DNA of 64,000 nt from contig CBDFLE010000005.1 in assembly GCA_965248925.1 (NCBI GenBank), positions 736,001-800,000 of the forward strand, in the 5' to 3' direction. This document shows positions 48,034-58,000 of the stretch, piece by piece. The stretch's first letter is position 1. Every line of letters starts with the position of its first letter. Below the pieces are notes generated by a model. That model did not search any database. It was not told the DNA's origin and was given only the letters and a program-made list of their open reading frames with translations. Both the position numbers and the translations under genes were made by a program. This DNA comes from Candidatus Multivoradales bacterium (GTDB taxonomy: Bacteria > Acidobacteriota > Thermoanaerobaculia > Multivoradales > J023).

Positions 48034-48927
48034 CTAAAGCCGCGGTTCCCGACCGCTGAGGCGGCGGAACGCCTCGCAGTAGCGTTCGAGGGTACCGGCA
48101 ACAACTTCCTCCGGCAGCAGCGGCGGGGTGGACTCGCGATCCCAACCGGTGCTGTCGAGCCAGTTGCGGACGTACTGCTTGTCAAAGGAAGGCGGCTCGC
48201 TGCCTGGCACCCAGGTCTCCATCTCCCAGTAGCGTGAGGAATCGGGGGTCAGTACCTCGTCGATCAGTGTCAGCTCGCCGTCGACCAGGCCGAATTCGAA
48301 TTTGGTGTCGGCCAAGATCAAACCGCGTTGGCGAGCGTGTACCGAGCCCCGGCGGTAGAGCTCCAGGGAGATATCCCGCAGGCGGCTGGCCAGCTCTTCG
48401 CCGATGGCGCCTGCCATCACCGCGTAGGAAATATTCTCATCGTGACCGGTCTCGGCCTTGGTGGCGGGGGTGAAAATCGGTTCCGGAAGCTGGTCCGCGC
48501 GACGCAGGCCGGCGGTAAGGGGAACCCCACAGATCTCGCCGCTCTGGTTGTAGTCGCGAAAGCCACTGCCCGCCAGGTAGCCGCGAACGACACATTCAAA
48601 GGGGATGACCTCGGCTTTTTTGGCCCATGCGGTCCGCCCCTGCAAAATCTCGCGGTGGGCTTCGACAGCGGCCGGCCAGGGACCGTGGTCAAGATGCCCC
48701 GGTACGACGTCCGCCAGCTGCTCGAACCAGAAGTTGCTGATCTGATGGAGGATCTTGCCCTTGCCCGGAATCCCTGGTCGCAACACATGATCGTAAGCCG
48801 AAATGCGGTCGCAGGCGACCAACAACAGGCGATCACCGAGGTCATAGATATCGCGGACCTTGCCTCGCTTGGGAGTTCCCAGACCGCTGAGTTCGGTCTG
48901 CCAGACCGTCTGTGGCATCGCTATCAT
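48034..48927 (-). CDS. purC: SAICAR synthetase
   Basis: GKVRDIY, DRISAYD, ECVVRGYLAGSG, ADTKFEFG, DEVLTPDSSRYW, SFDKQYVR. Confidence 0.97.
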   Translation of the reverse strand: MIAMPQTVWQTELSGLGTPKRGKVRDIYDLGDRLLLVACDRISAYDHVLRPGIPGKGKILHQISNFWFEQLADVVPGHLDHGPWPAAVEAHREILQGRTAWAKKAEVIPFECVVRGYLAGSGFRDYNQSGEICGVPLTAGLRRADQLPEPIFTPATKAETGHDENISYAVMAGAIGEELASRLRDISLELYRRGSVHARQRGLILADTKFEFGLVDGELTLIDEVLTPDSSRYWEMETWVPGSEPPSFDKQYVRNWLDSTGWDRESTPPLLPEEVVAGTLERYCEAFRRLSGREPRL

Positions 48928-48990
48928 CCTTGTCAGTCAGCCGCCGGCGGTTTGCCGGTCAGTTGTTTGGGTTCAGCCGTGGAAGGTCCG

Positions 48991-51024
48991 CTACTCGGCC
49001 TTCGCGGCGGCTTGTTGGCGGGCGCTAGCAACCCGCACGAAGAGGTGATCCAGAGCGGCCATCAAGTCCATTCCGCTGATCGGCCTGAGTTCCGACGGCT
49101 GCCAATGAGCGCCATCTAAGAGTTCGTAGACCACCGTGTCGTCGAGTCCTTTCAGGCGGCAGGTGCCGAGCTTGCGGATGCCGATGGTCAACTTGCCCAG
49201 CGCTTCCTGCTCGATTTTCACCGCGATGTAGCCACGGCCTTGCTCGCGGGCATAGTACGTCTGCTCGAATTGCCCCAAGCGGGCGATGAAGCGCTCCGTG
49301 GCGACGATACCTTCGTTGATCAGGGTGCCATTCTGATTGATGTAGGCGTAGAAACGGCGCGATTCGTCGAGCCGGCTGCCGAGCCCGGACTCGTGGCGCA
49401 GAAGAGGCGCGAAGAACTTGTTGACCGTGGTCTCGGGATAACCAGTGCCGACCAGGAAAGTCTTGAACTCGTCGATCTCCTGCGATGCCTTGCCAGTTGC
49501 CAAGCGAGACAGCTCGACGATCCCTTGGCCGAAGAATTCGTAGCGTGCCGTTTCGTCGGCGTTACCACTCTCGAGCGGCAGCAGGCGATAGCGACTGTAG
49601 TTGATGGCGATGCGCAAGCCGCGGTCGAAGGGAAGTCCAAGTTCCAAGAAATGCTGGTAGGAGCGCTGCAAGAAAATCGCCACCACCAGCAGACGACGAG
49701 CGTTCCGGCCAGAATAGAAGGCGCCATCGCCGAGATACTTCTCCATTCGCAGGCGCAGCGACGAAGCCAGCTTGTTGACCCGCCGTTGAAAGCGGAACAT
49801 CAACCGAAAGGCATGGTCCATGGCGCTCTTTTCGGCCCGGCCGAGCTGCGAAATAACTGCCGAGAACTCGGTGATGTCGTAGACCAAGCCATAGCGTTCT
49901 ACCAGTGGATCGACTACCCACGGGGCCATGAAGTCGATCGGCCGAGTGGCCTTGGAGAGATTCAGCACCGGCGGGCCGCCGACCCAGGTGGAATTGACGC
50001 TGCGATCGCGGGAAATCAAGCGATCGCCATCGTTCTCCACCGGCACCACCATTTTTCGCAAGGCGTGCAGCGCTTCGAACTCCTTCAGTTTGGCGAGCAG
50101 GCTCTCCCACACTTGTACTTGATCGGCGTCGAGCAGGCTGGAGGGGTTGTAGGCCGGATGGCTGGCCAAGAAGCTGACATAGCCAAAGCGGCTCAGCAAG
50201 GAACGGTCGCCGCCACGGTCCGGATCTTCGCCGAGGATCTTCCCTACCGCGCTGCGCAGCAGGGCATCGACTTGTATTTGCTGTAAATGCCAGGTGTCGA
50301 GCGCCGCGATCCCGCGCCGCAAGGCTCGCCCGTCGATCCGCAGACAGCCATTGAAATAGCTTGCTAGCTCGATCAAGTCGGGGCTGATGTGATCTTCGGT
50401 GAAGATCAGCACGTTGTCGCGCATCCGCGCCAGCAGGGTCGGGAAGAGACTTTCCTCCTCTTCCTCGGCCGCCGCCGCCAAGCGCTGGGAAGTGTCGTAG
50501 ATCAGCGTGATGGTCCGATCGATGAACTTGAAAAACACCCGATACTTGATGTCGTCACCACGGTCGCGGCCAATCCTCAAGTCGAAGCGCAGTAGCCGTT
50601 TGGGAATCTGCTTGATGAAGCGGGAGATAGCCAGCGAGTGGTAGAGCCAGAAAACCCCGGCGAAATTCTGGCCGTAGTTCGACGAGCAGACGTTCTCCGT
50701 CGCCTGCTGCAGCAAGCTGCTGTAGCGGTCCCAGCGAGCCGCATAGCGGCGGCTGTCGAAGGGCTCGCGGTTGTAGAGTTTGAACTGCGCCTCTTCCTCG
50801 GCGCTGAGATAGTCTTCGAGCGCCTCCTCGAGAGCGGCAAGCTGAGGCGAGCTGAAGACAGGAAAGCCGATCAGAGGAGTGGTGGCTTCGTCGGCGAGAA
50901 AGATCTTCTGCGGCTCGGGTAAGAGGCGCTCAGCGCCTGGCACGATACGCCGAATCTCTTCTGCGTCGGGGCGCAGGAAGCTGAATCTCCCGCGGGAAAG
51001 GTGTTCTGCTAGCTTGCTGGGCAT
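48991..51024 (-). CDS. Hypothetical protein with class III nucleotide cyclase-like domain
   Basis: LVYDITEFS, EKYLGDGAFY, LRIAIN, YEFFGQGIVELSRL, RLKGL. Confidence 0.65.
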   Translation of the reverse strand: MPSKLAEHLSRGRFSFLRPDAEEIRRIVPGAERLLPEPQKIFLADEATTPLIGFPVFSSPQLAALEEALEDYLSAEEEAQFKLYNREPFDSRRYAARWDRYSSLLQQATENVCSSNYGQNFAGVFWLYHSLAISRFIKQIPKRLLRFDLRIGRDRGDDIKYRVFFKFIDRTITLIYDTSQRLAAAAEEEEESLFPTLLARMRDNVLIFTEDHISPDLIELASYFNGCLRIDGRALRRGIAALDTWHLQQIQVDALLRSAVGKILGEDPDRGGDRSLLSRFGYVSFLASHPAYNPSSLLDADQVQVWESLLAKLKEFEALHALRKMVVPVENDGDRLISRDRSVNSTWVGGPPVLNLSKATRPIDFMAPWVVDPLVERYGLVYDITEFSAVISQLGRAEKSAMDHAFRLMFRFQRRVNKLASSLRLRMEKYLGDGAFYSGRNARRLLVVAIFLQRSYQHFLELGLPFDRGLRIAINYSRYRLLPLESGNADETARYEFFGQGIVELSRLATGKASQEIDEFKTFLVGTGYPETTVNKFFAPLLRHESGLGSRLDESRRFYAYINQNGTLINEGIVATERFIARLGQFEQTYYAREQGRGYIAVKIEQEALGKLTIGIRKLGTCRLKGLDDTVVYELLDGAHWQPSELRPISGMDLMAALDHLFVRVASARQQAAAKAE

Positions 51025-51163
51025 GGCTTGAGATGCGGTCCCACCGATGGATCGTTGTTCGCTTTCGACCTACGTATAACATAGCGTGCTCACCGCCGAC
51101 AGCAGCGAGCGGTCCAGGGGCCCAAAACTAGCAGGCAAAGAGCAGCAAAAGAGAAGGCTAAGA

Positions 51164-52168
51164 GTGACCGACTCTGCACCAACCATCCTCAGCATCCGCA
51201 ATCTGGTCCTCGGCTTTGGTGGCCAGGCGCACCAGAATCCGGTGCTGCGAGGGGTGACCTTTGATTTGCATCGCGGCGAAATCTTGGCCCTGGTCGGCGA
51301 ATCAGGCTGCGGCAAGACCCTCACCGCCTTGACCGTGGTCAACCTGCTGCCGCCGGCGGCATGGATCGACAGTGGAGAAGTTCTACTCAACGGAACCGGT
51401 GACCTACTATCGATGCCGGAGAAGAGTCTGCGACGAGTGCGGGGAGCGCGAGTGGCGATGATTTTCCAGGATCCCGGCGCAGCGCTCAATCCGATCATGA
51501 CCCTCGGTGCCCAGTTGCGCGAAATTCTGCTGCTGCACCGAGGTTTGCGCGGTGCGGTGGCCAATCAGGAAGCACAACGTCTGCTCGAGTTGGTGGCCCT
51601 TCCCGAGGCGCAACGCCGCCTGCGAAGCTATCCCCACGAGCTGTCCGGGGGCCAACGGCAGCGGGTGATATTGGCCATGGCGGTGGCCTGCCAGCCACAA
51701 GTTCTGCTGGCTGATGAGCCCACTACTGCCCTCGATGTGACAGTCCAGGCACAGATCCTGAGGCTGCTCGACGAGCTGCGCCGCGAACTCGATCTCAGCA
51801 TCCTCCTGATCACCCATGACCTCGGCGTGGTGGCGACTCTAGCCGACCGAGTGGCGGTGATGTATGCCGGCCAAATTGTCGAGCAGGCGCCGGTCGCCCG
51901 ACTGTTCGCCGCTCCCAGCCACCCCTACAGCAGGGCGCTGCTGCAAGCGGTGCCAAGACTGGGTCGCTTCGAGACCGAGGGACGAGTGCGGGGTATTCCA
52001 GGACGGGTACCCGCAGCGGCGGAATTGCCGCTGGGGTGTAGCTTCGCCCCCCGCTGCCGAATCGCGGTGGCGGAGTGCAGCGTCGCGGAGCCCCCTTGGA
52101 TTGTGGTCGGCGAGAGCCATCAATCTCGTTGCGCCCTGGCCGCGCCGATCGTAGGTAGACGACCATGA
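51164..52168 (+). CDS. Oligopeptide/dipeptide ABC transporter ATP-binding protein (DppD/OppD-like)
   Basis: [40 protein letters not shown]. Confidence 0.93.
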   Translation: MTDSAPTILSIRNLVLGFGGQAHQNPVLRGVTFDLHRGEILALVGESGCGKTLTALTVVNLLPPAAWIDSGEVLLNGTGDLLSMPEKSLRRVRGARVAMIFQDPGAALNPIMTLGAQLREILLLHRGLRGAVANQEAQRLLELVALPEAQRRLRSYPHELSGGQRQRVILAMAVACQPQVLLADEPTTALDVTVQAQILRLLDELRRELDLSILLITHDLGVVATLADRVAVMYAGQIVEQAPVARLFAAPSHPYSRALLQAVPRLGRFETEGRVRGIPGRVPAAAELPLGCSFAPRCRIAVAECSVAEPPWIVVGESHQSRCALAAPIVGRRP

Positions 52169-53157
52169 CCACGCTGCTGCAAGTGCGGAAGTTGACCAAG
52201 GTGTATCGGCTACGCGGCAAGTTGGGTAGGCATCATCGCTTCGCGGCGGTGGATGACGCCAGTTTCGACCTGAACATTGGCGAATGCCTGGCGTTGGTCG
52301 GAGAATCGGGTAGCGGCAAGACCACTCTGGCGTTGAGCATGCTGTGTCTGGTGGAGGTAGAGGCGGGCCGAGTTTTCTTCGATGGAGTGGACTTGCGGCA
52401 GCTCAGCGGCGCTCAGCTGCGTCGCCAGCGGCGACATTTTCAGATGGTCTTTCAAGACTCCGGCGAGGCACTCAATCCGCGTCAGCGGGTAGGTTGTCAG
52501 ATTGCCGAACCGCTGGCCATCCACCGCTTGGCCACCCCGGCGGAACGCCCACGACGAGTGGTCGAACTGCTCGATCAAGTAGGACTGCCGGCCAGCATTG
52601 CCGAGCGCTTCCCGCACCAGCTTTCAGGTGGCCAGCGGCAGCGGGTTGGAATCGCCCGCGCCTTGGCCACCGGTCCTCGTTTGTTGGTGCTCGACGAGCC
52701 GGTTTCTGCCCTCGATGTATCGGTCCAGGCGCAGATTCTCGAGCTGCTGGCGGATTTGCAGCAGAGCCTGGGACTCGCCATGATCCTAGTGTCCCATGAC
52801 CTGGCGGTGGTCGAGCAACTGGCCGACCGGGTGCTGGTGATGTACCTGGGCCGACTGGTCGAGGACGGGCGGCGTCAGCAGTTGTTCTCGACCCCTGGCC
52901 ATCCCTACACCGCTAGCCTACTGGCGGCGGTGCCGAACCCCGACTCCACTGCCCAACAAGAACTGGCGCCAGCGTCAGGGGAGGTGGCTAGTTTCCTCAA
53001 CCTACCGGCGGGCTGTGCTTTTCATCCCCGCTGCCCCCTGGCCCGCCAGCTGTGCCGAGAGCAACGCCCGGAGCTACGCCAGATCAGCGAAGGACGCCAC
53101 GTCGCCTGCCATTTCGCCGAGGAATTGCTTGACGAGCAGGTGGTGGAGACCGCATAA
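52165..53157 (+). CDS. Oligopeptide/dipeptide ABC transporter ATP-binding protein (DppF/OppF-like)
   Basis: [41 protein letters not shown]. Confidence 0.93.
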   Translation: MTTLLQVRKLTKVYRLRGKLGRHHRFAAVDDASFDLNIGECLALVGESGSGKTTLALSMLCLVEVEAGRVFFDGVDLRQLSGAQLRRQRRHFQMVFQDSGEALNPRQRVGCQIAEPLAIHRLATPAERPRRVVELLDQVGLPASIAERFPHQLSGGQRQRVGIARALATGPRLLVLDEPVSALDVSVQAQILELLADLQQSLGLAMILVSHDLAVVEQLADRVLVMYLGRLVEDGRRQQLFSTPGHPYTASLLAAVPNPDSTAQQELAPASGEVASFLNLPAGCAFHPRCPLARQLCREQRPELRQISEGRHVACHFAEELLDEQVVETA

Positions 53158-53251
53158 CAGGCTCGCGCAGACCGCGGCCGGCAGGGTAACCTTGGCGCTT
53201 CGCCAGCGTATTGACTAGCGGCCTGTTGAATACCGCCAAATTTGCTACGCC

Positions 53252-53308
53252 GTGCAGAAAGTACGCAATGCAGAAAGTAGGCAGTGCAGAAAGTACGCAG
53301 TGCAGAAA
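53252..53308 (+). repeat. 16-bp tandem direct repeat, about 3.5 copies
   Basis: gtgcagaaagtacgca / atgcagaaagtaggca / gtgcagaaagtacgca / gtgcagaaa, with no spacers. Confidence 0.9.
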
Positions 53309-53376
53309 CGGAAGCTGTAAGCACACTCTCCCGTCGGCAGTCCCCCGGACGGGTTCAAGGAAGAAGGAAGTCGCGG

Positions 53377-54954
53377 ATGAAGAATGGACCCACGATCCCC
53401 AACGCTCTAGCGCTCATGATCGCCCTGGCGGTCTTGCTAGTCCCGTCCCTGGCAGCCGAGTCGCTGCTGACCACTGCCGACTATGAACTCGCCGACTCAG
53501 GTCTGTCGACCGACGGTGAGACCATTGCCCTGACCCTCGAAGACGCCATCGGCATCGCCCTGCGGCGCAATCTCGATTTGCATGTCCAGCGCTACCAGCG
53601 AAGCCGTTCACTGCTCGGCATTCTGCAGAACCAGGGGATCTACGATCTCAATCTAAGCGGCAATCTCGACACCCGCGAGAGCAACTCACCTTCTTCGAGC
53701 CAGTTGCAGAGCGCCTCGAGTGAGAACGCCAACGCCAACCTGCAGCTCGATCGGAGAATTCTCACCGGCGCCGATTTGCGCTTGACTTGGAACAACGGAC
53801 GCTCAGAATCTGACCTTAGTTTCAACACCTTGAATCCGTCCTACAGTTCTGGCCTACAGCTTGGCTTCACCCAGCCGCTGATGCGCAATTTCGGCCGCCT
53901 AGCCACCGAGCGCAGCCTGATCGTGGCGCGCACCAACGTGGCGATCAACCACGAGGATTTTCAAGTACAGGTCGAAACGGTGGTCGAGGATGTTTCCACC
54001 GCCTATTGGGACGTGGTGCAGTCCCGCGAGCAGCTGCAGGTTTCCCAAGAGAGTCTGCGCCTGGCCGAAGAACTGCACAACATGAACCGAATTCAGGTCG
54101 AGGTTGGCACCCTGGCACCCTTGGAGTTGGTGCGCAGCGAAGCCGGCGTAGCCAGTCGGCAAGAAGACATCATTCGCTTTCGCGCCGACGTCGAAGATGC
54201 CGAAGATCGCCTGCGCCAGCTGCTCAACCTGAACCAGGGCCCGCTTTGGGCCACTCCGATCGAACCGACGACCGATCCGCAAATGGAGTTTCGCCAGATC
54301 GATCTGGATTCAGCGATCGAGATCGCGCTGGCGCAACGGCCGGAGATCCGCCGGCAGCAGCTGAATCTCGACAACCTCGAAGTCGAAGCGCGCTTCCAAC
54401 GCAATCAGCTCAAGCCGCGCCTCGATCTGACCGCCGGCTATGGCCTCAGCGGTACCGATGGCACCTCCCTCGATCCGAACGTCGAAGGCGGTGGCTACAG
54501 TGGCGCTCTGGAGCAGGTTCTTAAAGCCGATTTCACCGGCTGGTCAGTGGGTCTCAATTTCGCTTTCCCGCTCCAAAACCGGGCCGCCCGCGCCACCAAA
54601 GCGCAGGCCGAATTGGCCCTCGAACAGGGCCTCGTGGAACTAGAACGAGAGCGTCAGACGGTGATCACGCAAGTCCGCCGCTCAGCCCGCGCCCTGCGCA
54701 CCGCCGAAGAGCAGATCCGCTCGGCCAAGGTGACCAGCCGTTTGCAGTTGAAGAACCTCGAAGCCGAGCAACGGCGCTACGAGAACGGCTTGGCCACCAG
54801 CTTCCAGATTCTCGAGACCCAGGAAGATCTCTCCAACGCCCGCAGCCGAGAAGTCAACGCGGTGTCTACCTACCGCCGCCGGCTTCTGAGTTTCGACCGC
54901 TCGGTAGGCAAGTTGCTCGAGAGTTACGGCATCGTTCTCGAAGCTGGCGACTGA
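53377..54954 (+). CDS. TolC family outer membrane efflux protein
   Basis: Signal peptide; LTLEDAIGIALRRNLD, FTQPL, AYWD, RYENGLATSFQILE. Confidence 0.9.
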   Translation: MKNGPTIPNALALMIALAVLLVPSLAAESLLTTADYELADSGLSTDGETIALTLEDAIGIALRRNLDLHVQRYQRSRSLLGILQNQGIYDLNLSGNLDTRESNSPSSSQLQSASSENANANLQLDRRILTGADLRLTWNNGRSESDLSFNTLNPSYSSGLQLGFTQPLMRNFGRLATERSLIVARTNVAINHEDFQVQVETVVEDVSTAYWDVVQSREQLQVSQESLRLAEELHNMNRIQVEVGTLAPLELVRSEAGVASRQEDIIRFRADVEDAEDRLRQLLNLNQGPLWATPIEPTTDPQMEFRQIDLDSAIEIALAQRPEIRRQQLNLDNLEVEARFQRNQLKPRLDLTAGYGLSGTDGTSLDPNVEGGGYSGALEQVLKADFTGWSVGLNFAFPLQNRAARATKAQAELALEQGLVELERERQTVITQVRRSARALRTAEEQIRSAKVTSRLQLKNLEAEQRRYENGLATSFQILETQEDLSNARSREVNAVSTYRRRLLSFDRSVGKLLESYGIVLEAGD

Positions 54955-54982
54955 TCAGCTGACTACTTAGTCACCGAGCAAG

Positions 54983-55022
54983 ACCAAGACGCCGACGGCC
55001 AGCGAGCCCTCGGCGTCTTGGT
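54983..55022. terminator. Hairpin between convergent genes (probable terminator)
   Basis: Perfect 13-bp inverted repeat accaagacgccga...tcggcgtcttggt. Confidence 0.7.
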
Positions 55023-55087
55023 TTACCCGTTAGCGAGTGGCGACCGATCAACTCGGCCGCCACTCGCCAGGGCCAATCCACACGGAA

Positions 55088-58000
55088 TCAGTCGAGACTG
55101 CTGATCCAGCCTTCCAGTGTCCCCTGGGTGCAACCAAAGAAAAACTGACCGTTGCCCGCACCGGTCGCGGTCAAGATCTGCTCGCAGGAGCAGCCACCGG
55201 TGTCACCGAGGGTGAAGATCAGGTCGTCGTGCGGCCCCGGCGGGGTGTCGAAAACACCATCGCCGTCCACTAACGCCCAATGGTTCTTCTTGAGCGTACG
55301 GGTAGGCACCGCCTCTGGGATCTCCGTGCCGGGACAGCGGTCATCGCAGGCGTCGGCCAGGCCATCGCCGTCGGCGTCGGCTTGATCGGGATTGGGTACC
55401 GCCGGGCAGTTGTCCAGATCGTCACCGATGCCGTCGCCATCGCCGTCACCAGCGAGGAACAGCACCAGGCCGTCGTGGTCCGAGGCCCGCAGCGGGGTGG
55501 TCGGGTCGTCGAGCAGAATCCGCGCCGCGTCGGCATTGCCGCGTCCATATTCCAGGCCGCGCACCAGGGCATCGAGATGGCTCGAGGTCAGGGCGTGGTC
55601 GAGGGTTTGGGAACTGCCTCTGAAGTTGAACGAGTAGCGTTCAGCGGCTGGCAAAGCCAGAGTCTCGATCAGTAGGTTCGGATCCACCAGATCGGCAGCC
55701 GAGAGCAGGTTGTCGGCCGGGGTGAAGTTGCCGGCCATTTGCCCCACCACATCGACAAAGCCATCGGTGAACTCGAAGGCGTTGTAGTCACCGGTCACCA
55801 CCAGGTTGACGTCCGGATCGGTGGTTTGCAGGTCCTGGACGATCTGGGCGATCGACTGGGCTTGCTCAAGCCGCTTCTGCCGCACTCGTGGACCACTTCC
55901 TGGATCAGCATCGATCCCGTTCAACGACCGGTTGTGGACCACCAAGACGCTGATCGGAGTTGGCAGGGTACTGCCCAGGTAGCTGCCTTCGAACAGCAGC
56001 GGCGGACGATCATGCAGCAGACTGCCGTCAAAAGTCAGTAGCTCGGCGGCAGCTAGCTGGGTTATAGCGTCGACCTGGATCACATCTTCGCGCACCAAGA
56101 AGCCGACATCGATGCCGCCCTGGTCGTTACCTTCGGTCAGGAATGCGGTGTAAAGCACGGCCGCATCGTCGGCGAAGATCCGGGTCGCCAGTTCGCTCAG
56201 CGTGGCGATGTTCTCCACTTCCTCAACCGCCAGAATGTCGGGCGCCAAGAGCACCTCTCGGATGTAGAGGGAGAACTTGGTCAGCCGGGTCTGGAACTCG
56301 GCGGTCGAGACCAGAGTGCCGCCGTGGTCCATCGGATCGACGATGTCATTGAACAGGCGGAACAGGTTCAATGAACCCACCGTGAACTCACCCGCCGCCG
56401 TCGCCCGCACCGCCACCGGTAACGTCGCCGGGGTGATGCTGAGGGAAGCGGGGAAGAGTTCATAGCCACCGAACTCGAAACCGATCACACCGACGGCATC
56501 AAAGCTCGAACCGGCGGCAATGATCTGGTTGGGCAGTCCAAGGCGGTCGGGATCGAGCTCGAAGACCTCGGGATTGCCATCCCACACCGGCAGCCCAACG
56601 ATCCCCGGGAATTCGATACCCGGCTCGCGGAAGCTGCGGTTGGGACCGGCAACGATGTGTACCTCGGCGATCGGATCCGAGCCGAAACTCTGGTTCGAGC
56701 CCACCACGGTACCGCCGACGATCTCCACCAACATGCCTTCTAAGCGCTCCAACTCGATTGGCGACACCGGTTGCAGCGGCGAAGGAGTGTTGGCATCGAG
56801 GGTCACGGCGGCCGGTATGGCGCCACCAGTGGCGGTCACCATCACGGTGAGCGGCGCCGTCAGCTCGGTGAAGCCAAAGAACTCCTGCACCACACCGGTG
56901 ATATCGACCATGTCACCCACCGCCACCGTCGGTGGTGTGGTGGTGAAGACGAAGATGCCGTCCGAGGTGTCGCTATCGCCATCGCTGCGCACCGTCGGTG
57001 TTTGGATGAAAAAGCCATCCGGTGCCAGCACGGTGACCACGTTGGCCTCGGTCGCCACTTCAGAACCGTCAAAAGGTGAGGTCAGGCCGTTGCCTTGGAG
57101 CTCGAAAATCTCCAGCACCACCAGGGCGCAAGTATTCTCCGCCGCCGGGGTCGGCGCCGCTTGCTGATAGCCAGCGGTGTTGAAGGCACCGCCAGCCCCA
57201 TTCGGGCAGCGCTGGTTGGAGTGGCCATCCTTATTGCCACCGCCGGCTTCGTTGACCTGCGGCTCGCCTGGGTTGAGCAACACCAGCAGACCGGCGTCGT
57301 CGCCGTCGTCGGTGTCGTAGACCAAGGCATCGACCAGATCGGCGATGCTCACCGCCGTGCCATTGGGGAAGTCGGCCGCGTCGCCAGCGTAAATGGCGAT
57401 CGCATCGGCACCGTTCTGCAGGCCGTTGGAGCTGAAGACCACATCCGGCGCCGGCACCAGGCCAGCATTGCCGAGCAGCAGATAACCATTGGCATCGGTG
57501 GTCAGGCCGTCGAGATCGAAGGCGTTGTACACCGTGTCGCTAGAGCCGTTGTAGAGCACCACTACCAGGCCATCGAGAGCGGTGCTGCCGCTGCCGCCGT
57601 CGAATAGTTCGATGAACTCCAGAGTGTCGGTGCCGGCGGTATCCGCATCCGCTTCATTGATCCACAGATCGGGTAGGGGGCAGAAGTTATCCGCCGCCGG
57701 GGTGGGTGGATTCTGCAGATAGCCGGCGGTGTTGCGCCCGCCACCGACGCCGTTGGGGCAGCGCTGGTTGGAGTGGGCATCCTTATCCCCGGCTCCACCT
57801 TCGTTGACTTGCGGCTGACCGGCGTTGAGCAGCACCAGGAGACCGGCGTCATCGCCGTCGTTGGTGTCGTAGACCAAGGCATCGATCAGGTTGGCGGTGG
57901 TTACCGCCGTGCCATTGGCGAAGTCGGCCGCGTCGGCAGCATAGATCGCCACCGCGTCGGCGCCGTTCTGCAAGCCGTTGGAGCCGAAAACGATATCCGG

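Noticed and set aside
49240-50286. Long antisense ORFs (also 28731-29678, 8064-8837, 48328-49119 and others)
   Set aside because: They lie opposite well-supported genes, which is expected in high-GC DNA, and carry no recognisable motifs.
53252-53308. Possible CRISPR array
   Set aside because: The 16-bp units are directly adjacent with no spacers, and there are no cas genes in the window.
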